This document shows positions 52,225-64,000 of a stretch of DNA of 64,000 bases, in pieces. Origin of the DNA: Camelus dromedarius (taxonomy: Eukaryota). The stretch spans positions 13,890,001-13,954,000 of the forward strand of contig NC_087438.1 of the NCBI RefSeq assembly GCF_036321535.1, written 5' to 3'. Positions within the stretch are counted from its first letter, which is position 1, and every line of letters begins with the position of its first letter. Position numbers and translations under genes: made by a program. A model generated the notes under the pieces. The model made no database searches. It was not told the DNA's origin and saw nothing but the letters and a program-made list of their open reading frames with translations.

Positions 52225-54322
52225 TTCTTTTTGACTTTATTTCTTAGAGCAGTTTTAGATCCTCAGCAAAATGAAGAAAGTGCAGTTGCCATGTACATTC
52301 CTTGCCCTGACACACATAGCTTCCCCCACCATCACCATTCTGCATCAGAGTGATGCATTTGTTACAGCTGATGACCCCACACTAACACATCATGATCACC
52401 CAAAGTACATAATTTACAGTAGGATCACTCTTGGTGGTGTACATTCCATGGGTTTGGACACGTGTATAATGGCATATATCCATCATTACAGTATCACACA
52501 GAATAATTTAACTCCCCTAAAAATTCTCACTGCTCCAGTGTTTCAACCTTGCTTCCCCTCAACCCTTGATTTATACTGACTTTTTACTGTCTCCATAATT
52601 TTGCCTTTTCCAGAATGTCACACAATTGGAATCCTACAGTGTGTAGTTTTTTCAGATTGGCTTCTTCAACTAGCAATAGGCACTTAAGGATCCTCCAGGT
52701 CTTTTTATGGCTTGATAGCTCATTTCCTTTTAGTGCTGAATAATATTCCTTTATTTGGATGTGCCACAGTTTGTTTATTCATTCACCTGCTGAAGGACAT
52801 CTTGGTTATTTCCAAGATTTTATGATTATGAATAAATGTATAAACATCCGTGTGCAGGTTTTAGTGTGGACATAAAACTTCTTTAAGTAAATACCAATGT
52901 GATTGCTGGATCTTACACTAAGAGTATGTCTTGTAAGAAACTGTCAAACTGTCTTTGAAAATGGTTGTACCATTTTCACTCCAACCAATCATGAATGAGT
53001 TCTGCTGCTCCACATCTTTGTTAGCTTTTGGTGCTGTCAGTATTCAGATTTTGGCTATTCTATCAGGTGTGTAGTGGTATCTCACTGTTGTTTTTATTAT
53101 TTTTTAATAAGCACTTATTTTAGTTCTTTTTTTTTTTTTACCACTGGAGGTAGTGGGGATTGAATCCAGGACCTTGTACATGTTAAGCATGCACTCTACC
53201 ACTGTTGTTTTAAAAGACACATGATGATGGAAAATTTTTTCATAGCTTATTTCCATATGTATGTCTTCTTTGGTGAGATGTCTGTAAGATCCATTTTTTA
53301 AAGCAGGTTATTTGTTTTCTTATTGTTGAGTTTTAAGAGTTATTTGTATATTTTAGGTAACAGTCCTTTATCAGGTATGTCTTTAGCAAATATATTCTCT
53401 CGGGCTATGACTTGTCTTCTTATTCTCTTGACAGGGTTTTTCACAGTATAGAAGTTTTCAATTATTTAAAAATTCAGATTATCAATTATTTCATGAATCA
53501 TGACTGTGGTGTTGTTATCTAAAATGTTATAGCCATATCCAAGATCATCTAGGATTTCTTCTGTTACCTCCTAGTAATTTTTTAGTTTTGTATTTTATAT
53601 TTGGGTCTGTGATACCTTATGAGTTCCTTTTTGATAAGGGTGTAATATCTTGATACACATTAAAAATATGTGTCATTTTTTGCATGTGGATCTCAATTTG
53701 TTCCAGCACCATTTGTTTAAAAATGACACATTTTTCTCTGTTGTATTACATTTGCTCCTTCATCAAAGGTCAGTTGATTACATGTATGAGGAATTGTTTA
53801 TGGGCTTTCTAATCTGTTCCATCAATATTTTTGTCTATTCTTTCATCAATACCACACTGTTTTGGTTACTATATCTTTAGAGTAAATCTTGAAGTAGGGT
53901 ACTGTCAGTCTTCTTAATTTGTTTTTCTCCTTTAATATTGTACTATCTATTCTGGTCCTTTGCCTCTACATATAAACTTTAAAACTAGTTTGTCAATACC
54001 CACAAAATAACTTTTTGTGATTTTGACTGATATTCCATTGAATCTACAGATAAAGTCTGGAAGAACTGACATCTTGACAATATTGAGTCTTCCTGTCACG
54101 ATATAAACATGAAATGCATCTCCCTTTATTTAGTTCTTATTTGTTTATTTCATGAGTGTTTTGTTGTTTTCCTCATATAGATCTTGTACCCCTTTTGTTA
54201 GATTTATATAGAGGAAGCTATCTAAATGGTACTGTTTTTAAGTCAAAATCCACTTGTTCATTGCTGGTATATAGGAAAGAGAGTGACTTTTATATATTAA
54301 TCTTGTATCCTGAAACCTTGCT
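52225..54322 (-). mobile_element. L1 (L1MC-like) 3' ~2 kb, with a SINE inserted
   Basis: ttagagcagttttagat, catttgttacagctgatgaccc, ttttccagaatgtca, ttttaagagttatttgtatatt, gttccagcaccatttgtt, gacaatattgagtcttcct. Confidence 0.88.
53095..53204 (-). mobile_element. tRNA-derived SINE, Vic-1-like (camelid), slightly 5'-truncated
   Basis: Minus strand reads cagtggtagagtgcatgcttaacatgtacaaggtcctggattcaatcccc plus an A-rich tail; 12-bp TSD cactgttgtttt at 53083-53094 and 53200-53211. Confidence 0.85.
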
Positions 54323-54486
54323 CTCTCAAGACTGAATCCTTCAAAGTAGCTCCCACTGTGGGAAATGTGGACAGAACACACATTACAAGGACAGAGGAGG
54401 GGGTGAGGAGCCTCTGATGGCCTGGCTCCAGCTTGCCAGTCAACTGGCATTGGCGTCCTCTGGATGACTCCCCAGCCTCCATAACA
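54320..54486 (-). mobile_element. LTR 5' fragment (ERV1-like)
   Basis: Minus strand begins TGTTATGGAGGCTGGGGAG; GC-rich block that ends abruptly at the L1. Confidence 0.5.
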
Positions 54487-55726
54487 ACTACTAAAGATGA
54501 TTTCAGTGCAAGTGGGTCAAGACCATACTTTGACTACAATTAGAAAGATGAAATTCTGCCATTATGAATGTGTACATTTATTCACTTTTTATCTCCATCT
54601 TGTCATGTCTATAAATGCATGTATGGGGATACACACATGCACACAGGCAACAAATAATATGCAATAATAATAGATATTTTTCAAAACGATGAAGCCTAAA
54701 CTCATGTACAAGACTAGGATAAACTACACTTACACAGTTCAAGTAAGAAGTGATGCTTTTTTTGTTTGTTTGGCTTTTTCTGCCATGTATCTATGTACCT
54801 GCTAATTTTAATATAACTTATTTCTGTCTTCTACATAAACATAATAAAGACTTACCACGTGGCCTTTTCATTAAGTAAATTTGCAAAGAAAAAGATACAA
54901 AGCAACCAAGTTAATCACCATAAATTGCTGCATTGTTTGTTTGTTTAAAAATAAAGAAAACTCTCCGCTTTTCAATGTTTGCCAGGTAACTAGTAATGGC
55001 ATATTCTGAATGTTTGTCTGATATGCTTCACTAGCAATGTTTACTTCAAAATTTTTAATGAGAATTGTTGCCTCCTATTCTCCTGTGGTACTGGGTTGAA
55101 TCAACAGGATGTGATTACCCTTGTACCATTTTGTTTTGTTTCTTATTACTTTTCTGGTAAACGATTGTAGGTGCCCCACTGCCTGCAAATTACCTTCTGA
55201 CTACTGCTCCCCAATCACCTTGATATATAGGGACTGGTAACTGGGAATTACTCTCTGCTGAATACAAGTTCATAACATTTGAAAACTCATTCGTAGTTGT
55301 AAACATTACTCGTTGAACCTGACTCACCAGACCGCCATATGTTTTTGTTCCCTGACTGATAATAGTCATATAAAGCACTAGATCCTCCAAAATGCTTTCC
55401 TGTATTTTTACCCACTAAAAAGAATTTAAGATGGAAATGTATAAATCTAGTTTATTAGATAATACCACAGAAGATTGCAAAATAAAATCCCTAAAAGGCT
55501 GAAACAAATAAGCAATAAAACATGGCATTCAAATTCTTACAAACACTTTCAAGGTACACATATGCATTTATAAGAGGAACCAGTAAGTTTTCTTCCATGT
55601 CTTAGGTACACATAACTAATTTTGGCTCAGTTGCTTATTTTGCTTCTAAATTTGCTCAACTGCTCATTCATTTATTTAAAGTCTACTATTTTATTATGTG
55701 ATATCTGTTAAAATGCATTGGAATCC

Positions 55727-55932
55727 CAGTGTTCCTCTAATGGGGAACAAGGGTCACCTAATAACAAAATCACGTGGAGTGACACGTATCATGCAGCTTC
55801 AAGGACACCATCTTAGACCTACTGAATCAGAATCTGGGGCTGTGGGCCAGCATCGGTATTTGAAACAAGCCCCTTCCGTGATTCTCATGAATAGTTCAAC
55901 CTGAGATATCCACCCAGAGTTGAGAACATTTG
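55727..55932. mobile_element. MER5A-like hAT MITE
   Basis: cagtgttcctc...agacctactgaatcagaatctgggg...aacaagcc...gtgattct...gagttgagaacatttg. Confidence 0.75.
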
Positions 55933-57494
55933 ACATCTGGCCTCCAGATGCTCATACTTCATTGGAGGATTTATTTAAAATAATTAATATGAACATTGAG
56001 AGGTTTAGAAATGTTTCAAAGTTTCATTAACCATTTTCTATACAATGACATTTGACATCTTGGCAGTAATGATTCACCTTTCCAACTGCCTGCTTGTGTT
56101 CTTTATGTTAGCTATTAAATTGCTATTTGGTTCAACATTTAGTATATTGCATGCTATTTCTATTCAGCCATGCATTATGAATTTTCCCAACGGACTCTGT
56201 AAAGACAATTTGGCTTCCATAAATTCCTGTCTACACAGAAAGCAAAAACATTCAGACGTGGAATCTGTATGTTTCCGTCATCACCACACTTTCAGAAGTC
56301 TCTTTTTGTTCTTCATCACCAATCCAATGTATATTGAGTACATGTGTTTCTGCTCTGTTTAAAATGTGGGATACAGAGACACATAGGCTAAAACTTATGA
56401 CTTCAAAATATCATGACTGAAGTGTTTCCTGGCAGAGAAATACATATGCAACTATGAAAAGTTAAGTAATATGGAAAACATTTAATTAAATGGCAGACAG
56501 AACCCAGACTTCAAAGGGCATAGTTATCACAATGGATGAGCATGACCAAGGAGTACTTTATGGGCAAATGACATGTTTGTAGGATATGGATGATATATAA
56601 ATGAATAGAGAAGTGGGGAGTCCCTGGAAAGGGGATCTGATATGAATAAAGGCATATAAAATGTGCATGGCAACATTGACAAAATTAGCTTCATTGGGAA
56701 ATGACTGTAGAAGAATATAAGAAATTAGGTACTTATTAATATCCCTTAAATATTTCTATGTTTTGTTCTTCAAATGACTGAATGTTTGAATAGTTCCCTT
56801 GCTGTCCCGGTGGAAAGTCAGAACTGAACAAATTTCACTGCTTATCAGGTGTTCAGGGTTGTGGTTGGACAGTTAGTTACATCTACGGCTACATTTAGCC
56901 GATTGGAGACTTTCTAAAGTTTCAGTGGATAACAGATTAAGTGTCAGATTTTTATTTATATTTTTGCTATACAATATATTTCATTTTTAAAGAAAAAAAT
57001 TAGATATATGAAACACTGGCAATCCAGAATTCAAGGAAAAAAACATATTTAGCTTCAAGCTATGACTCACGGAATTAACAATCATAAATTCATGAAGGTT
57101 GACATTTTTATGCTATAGTAGGAAGATTCAATTTTTCCTCCTCTACATTTTTTTCTCTTTCTACCATTAAAATTGATGGTGAAGCATTTTATTTCTGCTG
57201 AGGAGAGAAAGGTGCAGAACTCACATTCTTTGACTATAGACGGTGACTCAGGCACTCCCTTCAGGTACATAGCTCCTATTTTTTCCCATATTATTCATGA
57301 CAGAGAAAGCTCAAAATTTAAATAAGTCTCTCTAGATCAGAAATTTGCAAAAGCTGAAATATAACCGAGAACTTCCTGACATTAAATGCCACGGTGACAT
57401 CAGTTCAAGTTATGAAGTCCTGGAACCTTGTGGAGCCTATAGGTAAGGCTTGAACTATTGTCCAGGAGAGATGGGGGTGGGAGGTTGTGGGGGG

Positions 57495-57530
57495 AGAGAG
57501 AGAGAGCGAGAGAGAGAGAGAGAGAGAGAC
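57495..57530. repeat. (GA)n microsatellite
   Basis: Read directly from the sequence. Confidence 0.9.
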
Positions 57531-58529
57531 AAAGAAACAAAGAAGAGGAGATAGAGAGAAACCCTATCATAAAAACAGGTATTACTTTCTCTATGGATTG
57601 GGGGAAATAAATCAGACATATTCAAAGAATACGTTTTGTGTTTATGTATCATTAAAGATACTTCTGATTTAGAAGGTTTTATTTCTGTATTTTCTTTTTT
57701 TTGCATTTTGCTTATTGTTTATATCTGTTATTAGTGTTTCAGTGTGATCTGTAATTTCAAAAGATCAATCTTTCTAGATAACCATGCTGATAAAGTCATA
57801 CGGCTGCCAGGGCAGTTGTGAAGGTCAAATATTCTACAGACTTTCAGGCTTTCAGTAAAGCTACTTCATTCAGCAAAAATGTATGAAGATAGCACTATAT
57901 GGAGAACAATAAACTATCAACTTCAAAAAGGGCTTTCCTGGGTGGCAAAATTTCATTGGTGATGATGATGATGACAGTTATTAAGTCTTTATTAAGAATT
58001 AAGAAGAATGCTTTATGCTAATTATCATACTAATTTCTCACATTGACTGCCTGTGGAAGTTATTCAAATTATCCAAGAGGGAATGCAAGAACAAAAGGGT
58101 TAGGAAAATTGCTCAAGGACAGATACATATGATAGAACCAGTATTCAGTCTATGCAGTTAGAATTCAGAGTCTGCTGTCACAATCATTACCTTCTGAGCT
58201 ACTGATTACTTGCAAGTAAATCGAGGAAAATACAGCAGAAGAGCCTGAAATAGATTCTGGAAGAATGTCTGCATCTTGGCAATGTGGCTTCAGAAGCAAT
58301 CTCCATCTCTCTTGGCTAATTTGGGTTTTAATAGCCCTGGAATCAAAGTTCTGAGTATAATCAAGGAGATGTCAGAAAGATGGTGGAAAACCCTGGGTAA
58401 CTGAAAGATCTGACTCCAAAAGATGAGGATCAAGCCTTTTGTCCAACAGGAGAAAGAGTGAGAAACTTAGAAACCAAAGAATCATCTTGCTCCAAGTGGC
58501 CATTAGCCATTTATGGTCTTTTTGCAGGG

Positions 58530-58960
58530 TGTCAAATACCAATACCATTAATCACAGTTGCCCTATGCCTGCTTTGACCAATACAGTACAGTGGAAGTGA
58601 CATTATGGCAATTTCTGCCCTGGACTTAAGAGGATTGTAAGCTTCAACCTTGGTATACATGAGCTCAGAGCCTTCAGGTAAGAACTCCAGCTCCCCTGCT
58701 AGAGAAAGCACACAGAGATGCCCTGAGATGAAAAGGGTTAGGGATACCTCTGAGCCCAGTTTCTCAGCTCTTCCCACTGAGGCACTGGGCGTAGGAGTGG
58801 ATTCAGCTTTGAATGAGTCCAGGTGTCAGCAGAATGCTATCAAGTAACCAAGCTAATGCCACAGGGCTCAAGAAATTGCCCAGATAACCCCAACTTCTTG
58901 GCTTCCAAAATCACTGTGGTTTTGAAAGTTCTGGGTTGGGGTCATTTGCAATGGCATTCA
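58530..58960 (+). mobile_element. Old MaLR LTR (MLT1G/H-like)
   Basis: tgctttgaccaatacagtacagtggaagtgac...cttaagagg...gcttc; 3' end ggttggggtcatttgcaatggca. Confidence 0.65.
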
Positions 58961-58969
58961 AATTTAGAA

Positions 58970-59102
58970 TACACACACAAACACACACACATACAGATAA
59001 ATATGCACATGTACATATATACAGATACATATGCATACATACATTTATACAAGCATACATATATACATATATATATACACACACACACACACACAACATA
59101 CA
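58970..59102. repeat. Degenerate (CA)n/(TA)n low-complexity tract
   Basis: Read directly from the sequence; it explains several spurious ORFs. Confidence 0.85.
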
Positions 59103-62100
59103 TTTAAACACATGCTTTTCTTCCTCTCCGAGAAGTAAATGAAGGTTTGCTTTCTATACTACCTCTAACACCATTAAATCAAGGCTATATATTTCCTAAA
59201 TACGGTCTTCTCTTCTCCCTCCTTCCCCTCCCCCTTTACCTCCCCTCCCTCTCCCCCCACCTCTCTACCCCCCCATCCTACCCTTCTCTCCAGAGCTGGA
59301 GTGCATACACAGAAACACATACACATCAAATACTACAGCTATAGTACATGTATATATATTTCATGAGTTCAGGTAATAAACAGAAGAGGGAAGATAAAAT
59401 TGACCTTTGTATAATTGATGTGTAATGAACACAGGGAATACAACTTCCTGTAAACACTGAAATTAAGACTCTTATCATCTGGAAATTTGCACTCTACAGG
59501 GAGTAATAAAATTATATGTGATATTTATGAGATCTTTTCAATCAAGATAATTAGAAATGTAATTTCAAATTCTATAATATCAGATAAAATATTTTATTAT
59601 AAGATACTGAATGCAGACATACTCTATCTTAAATATAAATGTATTTTCTTAGAAAACAATAATAAACTAATAATAAAAAAAGAAATCTAGAAATAGTCGA
59701 GTATAATTTTTCCAAAATAGCACATTCATGTGGTTTATAGAAACCTGATAGACTCAAAATATAAACAACAAAAAAGAAATACTAAGTTTACCATGTAGAT
59801 ATATTATGCATTGCTTAAATATTGCTATATGTCTCTGTTATTCTGCTTCTTATTTTTTCTACAATTTATTTTTTCTCTTTAATTTTTTTCTTATGATGGT
59901 TAAAATGAACTTAAAAATGTAAAATGCTTTTATATAGGATTTTTTTGGTTGCAGCTGCTATTTAAGAAAGGGTCTTTAATATGACTATATCAAAAATCTT
60001 TGGAATATTTGTTGTTGAGACAATTTTATTTAAAGCCATTTAATTAAGAAAAAATACCAAAGCATTCCCTTATAAAATATGTGCATACTAATGAACATCC
60101 AGTTTTATTAGTAATGGTACAGTTGACAACATAGGCCCATAAGTAACTCAAAATTGATAATTTCTCCTGTAATACCAATTTACTTATTGTGTCATGTGCT
60201 TTCTTGATTTTTTAAAAGAAAGTTTTATTTTTCTTTTGGAGTATTATTTTATTTTACAACACATTGTATCATACTCTAATAATCAGAGAAGACATTGCCA
60301 TATGCAATAAGCTATTTATCACAATAGGCATGCTATAACTGTGGATATGTAAATATGCACATATATTAGCTACACGTGTTTTATATGCTACATAACAAAT
60401 AGTAGTACTGAAACAAACTCATATGAACAATCTGTAAAATTATCTGTAAGATTTCAAGGGTATACACACACTATGAGTTGCATTTCCCTTGGCACATAAT
60501 TTAACATTGAATCCTTAAGGGCATCTGTGGAGAATTCAAGCGGCTATCAAGTTTCTGAGAATAAGAATTCGAATGTAGCCAGGGTGATCATGGTACATTC
60601 AAGGAGCAACGTAAGAAAAGTGCAAATATAACTGAAAAATATGGTAAAGCAGTTTTCAGGCTTTCAAGAAGCCTCTCATGTACAAAGACCAGCTAAAGTG
60701 GAAACATCACAAAGTCAATTATTTATGATTCTCCCTAGATTTTACTGGAAACTTTAAAAATGATAAGAGATTAACATGTTTGACAGTATTTGGAGGGAGA
60801 TATTATGCAGTAAACAATTCAATTATAGATGTCTGATAGCCATTAGATAACTTACAGATAAATGTATTATTACTTAACGAGTGTCCATTGTGGCTCCAGT
60901 ATCACGGAGAGGCAGTAGTGAAACCATGTGAACAGGGAAACTAATTGTGAATATCCCTTACAAGCACAGTGGCATGTCGCATTAAGTAGCAGGAACATTA
61001 AGCGGCTCAAAGAAACATGGAAGTTTTATAGAGAGAGTCTTATTCCTGGGAGAGAGGTTTCCTCATGTGTTAAAGCCTTATCTGTCCACACTCTGAATGG
61101 TTCAGGTGAGCAATCATAGTAGCTTGGGTGCCCTCTTAGCATTTACTGAGTGTAAGTATTGCATAAATTAATAATCTGGTACCCTGCTTAACTAGCAACT
61201 AAGTGGTAATAACAGAATATACAACATAGAAGATTGCTCTATTCTAATTTAAATGCTATTTACAAGACATTCGAGTGCTTGTTGACTTACGTAAATGTAA
61301 AATGCTGCTTTCACTGTGTGACAGAAGAATAGCATAGGATCCATCCCTGTTTGACAACCTGATGCACAGAAGCTGAATCTATCAACATATAGATTTTGAT
61401 CCTTTGATGAACAATGAATAGAAAGTCCTTCTCACTGGAAAGATGAGTCTGAAAGAACTACTCTTATGTGATTTTGTAAAATGGGGCTTTTAATTAGTGT
61501 CTGAACATTTTTGTAGAAAAGGATTTCTGAGAAAGAAAAAAGTAACTAAGGAGCACACGTCAAAGAACAGTTTTATTCTACCAAGCTGTACAGTTTTACT
61601 GTGGTTTCCTAATATTTGGATTTATGAAGTAACATATTGTTGATGGGTTAAATTGCAAGCAGGGGAAAAGAAGGAAAGATTGGAAACCGAAATAGGTCAT
61701 TTTGTTGATTACTGAAAACACTGAATAATTTAATGTGTTGCTCAAAAAAGGAATTTGTGTTAAAAAAAAAAAAACAGATTTATTGAAAATCTACTCCATG
61801 ATAGAAAAATTCAAAAGTTTTATCTTGCGTATGTTGGATAGAAATGTGAACCACCAAATAGCAAAATCAGACAGCTAAAATAGAAAGTTGCATCCAAATG
61901 TTAATTTTCACTTGTTTCTCCAGTGATCATAAACAGATAGATTAATAGTAAAAGCTAACAGGCATAGGCATTCTTGGATCTCTTTCTGTGTTGTGACTAA
62001 AGTAAACATCTCCTCAATCTTTGCCTAACACATGCTGTGGGTACCTGTCATCTAAAAAATGAAAAATGTACAGTCCCCTGTAATTCTGCAATTCTTGTTG

Positions 62101-62137
62101 ACAAATCTCAAAAAAAAAAAAAGAGTTGTCTATATAC

Positions 62138-62487
62138 TGTATGAAGTTGTTCCTGTGGCTGAGGCAAAGATTTCGGTGCAGGGTATTTATCAGGGAGCAA
62201 ATGTAAAGGAGGGGAGGGAGCATGGGTGACCAGAGGAAGATATTATCGGGGACGCAGGTCTAACAAAGATGAGGCTAATGCTGCAGGGATACACAGGCTG
62301 CCTGAGTGTCCAGCACACTCAGTCACTGGATGAGGGTTATCCCAGAAATGACGTGACTTTAGCAAGCCGTGTATCAGCACCTGAGACAGATCTTGAAGGA
62401 GGCTCGGGAGTGGGGTGCTGCACGTACTTCCCATGCTGGGCTGCAAGTCCTTCCTTACAGGGGATGGGCATTTGCGTCTACCTCACA
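62138..62487 (-). mobile_element. ERVL LTR16-like solo LTR
   Basis: ctgaggcaaagatttcggtgcagggtatttatcagggag; cacctgagacagatcttgaagga; caagtccttccttacaggggat...tctacctcaca. Confidence 0.65.
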
Positions 62488-63006
62488 GCGATCCTAGGTC
62501 ATTTCCTCTCATGTCAAGCCCCTCCAGTGAAGCTGCGGTCTACACTAAAAACGCTCACGTGCTCTTCCCTTCAATACTTCTCCTATTGCCAAGTCCAATG
62601 GATTATGTCTGTTCTCATCTCATCAGCAGCAAACTGCCCACAGTCTACTATTCGTAACTCTCCCAAAGACTTCGTTTTTTGATCTCTCTCAGTTTTACTC
62701 TCTGATGTTTTGGATTGTCATCCCACTAATTTACTTACTGTCATTATACTCATTTACTTATTAATTTTGACAATTGCTTGTCCTTTTCCACTGGAATAAA
62801 AGCTCCACGAGGCCAAAGAGTTTCGTTTGTGGTGTTTTCGTTGCTATGCCCTCATTGCTAAAACAATCTCCGACCCAGAATTTTCTTCAGTGAAAATTGA
62901 ATAAAGGAAGCCTCAAAAAACCCACAGAAGTGCATTGTAGCATCATAAACTAAAATGGATATAAAATAAGTTACTAAATTTAATGTATTTCCTTTGGATA
63001 TTGAAG

Positions 63007-63437
63007 ATATTAGTTGGTAGGGTTGCTGTAACAAAGTACTACAAATGGGGCTGTGTAAAACCCAAAATTCATCTCTCAATTCTGGAAGCTAAGAATCTGA
63101 AATCAAGATATTGGCATGGTCAGCTCCTTCTGCGGGCTGTGAGGGATGGATCTGTTCCTGGCCCCCCTCCTTGGCTTATAGATGACTGTTTCCACACTCA
63201 CATGGCATCCTCCCTCTATCTTCAAATCATCTTTCCTCTGTGATAGCTCTATGCCCAAATTTCCTATTTTATAAGGACACCAGTCAAATTATATTATGGC
63301 TCACTCTGTGAATCCACTTTAACTTGATTTACCTCTGCAAAGACCCTGTCCTCAATTCAGGTCACGTTCTGAGGTACTGGGGGTTAGGAATTCAACATGT
63401 GAATTTGGGGGTAGGAGGTACAATTCAACCCATGACA
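63007..63437 (-). mobile_element. MaLR solo LTR (MLT1B/C-like)
   Basis: agggttgctgtaacaaagtac...ttctggaagctaagaatctgaaatcaag...ttataaggacaccagtca...ggtcacgttctgaggtactgggggttagga...acaattcaacccatgaca. Confidence 0.88.
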
Positions 63438-64000
63438 CTAAGAAGAAAAGTAAATTACACCAAGAAAATATGGATATATGTTGAATATGTGAGCCTTTTC
63501 TTTGAGCCTTTATTATAGAAACTCTTTTAGGTAAAATCATGTCAGTTTGACCAAAAAAAGGATTGTGAAATATGTGAAAGAACACAACGCCACAGAAAAG
63601 ATGGAAGCAGAGAAAGACTTGTGTGGGCAGTCTGAAAGATCAATCAAAGAATAGAGATTACACAAGTGTATGATCAGGAAGAGTGGCTTTGAATTCCTTT
63701 ATCATGTGAGATGTAAAGAGTCATTCATTCTTTTAGCTAGTAGTTAGAGTGCCCAGAAAAATCCAGAAACTGTCCTGGGGCAGAAAAATCACTGACCTCA
63801 CGAAGCATACATTCTACAGAGGGCAGATTAGGGAGAATAAAAAGGAGGATAATTACCTACATTATATGTAGATTAGATGGTGTTAATTCAAGCTGGGGGG
63901 GAATGAAGCACTTGGTTTGGGCTTACAGGTTTAACTAGAACTGTAATAGTGGGACCTAGTTTTAACTAGGACTGTACTAGTGGCTGTTGGAGTTAGCTAG

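Larger units (their letters stand above)
1..64000 (-). other. CDH18: Internal part of the cadherin-18 gene (four coding exons plus introns; gene extends beyond both window ends)
   Basis: Spliced exons read [75 protein letters not shown]...LSLKK-PLNYEKKKSYTLNIEGAN...NSLVR-YFIDYKPEDDRFF...ASEN, matching my recollection of CDH18. Exon sizes 168/188/254/137 fit the conserved type II cadherin structure. No flanking coding exons were found within the window. Confidence 0.92.

Noticed and set aside
53140..53204. tRNA gene
   Set aside because: tRNA-like box sequences are present, but the 5' truncation, A-rich tail and TSD identify a SINE.
58823..59142. His/Thr/Tyr-rich and Cys/Val-rich ORFs
   Set aside because: Translation of a CA/TA microsatellite tract.
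62243..62682. 137-aa plus-strand ORF and overlapping ORFs
   Set aside because: They overlap a GC-richer LTR16-like element, show no recognisable domain and fit chance open frames.
1..64000. A novel multi-gene system, CRISPR array, or prokaryotic/viral insert
   Set aside because: No long ORFs, operon-like structure, regularly spaced repeat-spacer units or compositional island were seen. The content is explained by a cadherin gene plus mammalian repeats.

Overview
AT-rich, repeat-rich mammalian (eutherian) genomic DNA. The whole window lies inside a minus-strand type II classical cadherin gene that I recognise as CDH18. Four consecutive coding exons are present: 49988-49821 (168 bp), 30853-30666 (188 bp), 18189-17936 (254 bp) and 2901-2765 (137 bp). 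All have canonical AG/GT boundaries and matching phases, and they splice into one open frame covering EC2 to EC4. The rest is intron filled with L1, L2, MIR, MaLR/ERVL/ERV1 solo LTRs, MITEs and microsatellites. A tRNA-derived Vic-1-like SINE and the style of the youngest L1 3' end suggest a camelid genome (inference). I see no prokaryotic-type system, CRISPR array, RNA gene or second credible gene, and I cannot support a new biological system here. The best leads are: (i) a candidate intronic polyadenylation site just after the 254-bp exon that would give a truncated cadherin with a short hydrophobic tail; (ii) a twin-priming-type inverted L1; (iii) three ERV1-type solo LTRs, one sense-oriented with AATAAA and one nested in MER20; (iv) candidate CTCF, RFX and TEAD sites. 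Repeat family names come from recalled consensus sequences and repeat boundaries are approximate unless a TSD or TIR is quoted.
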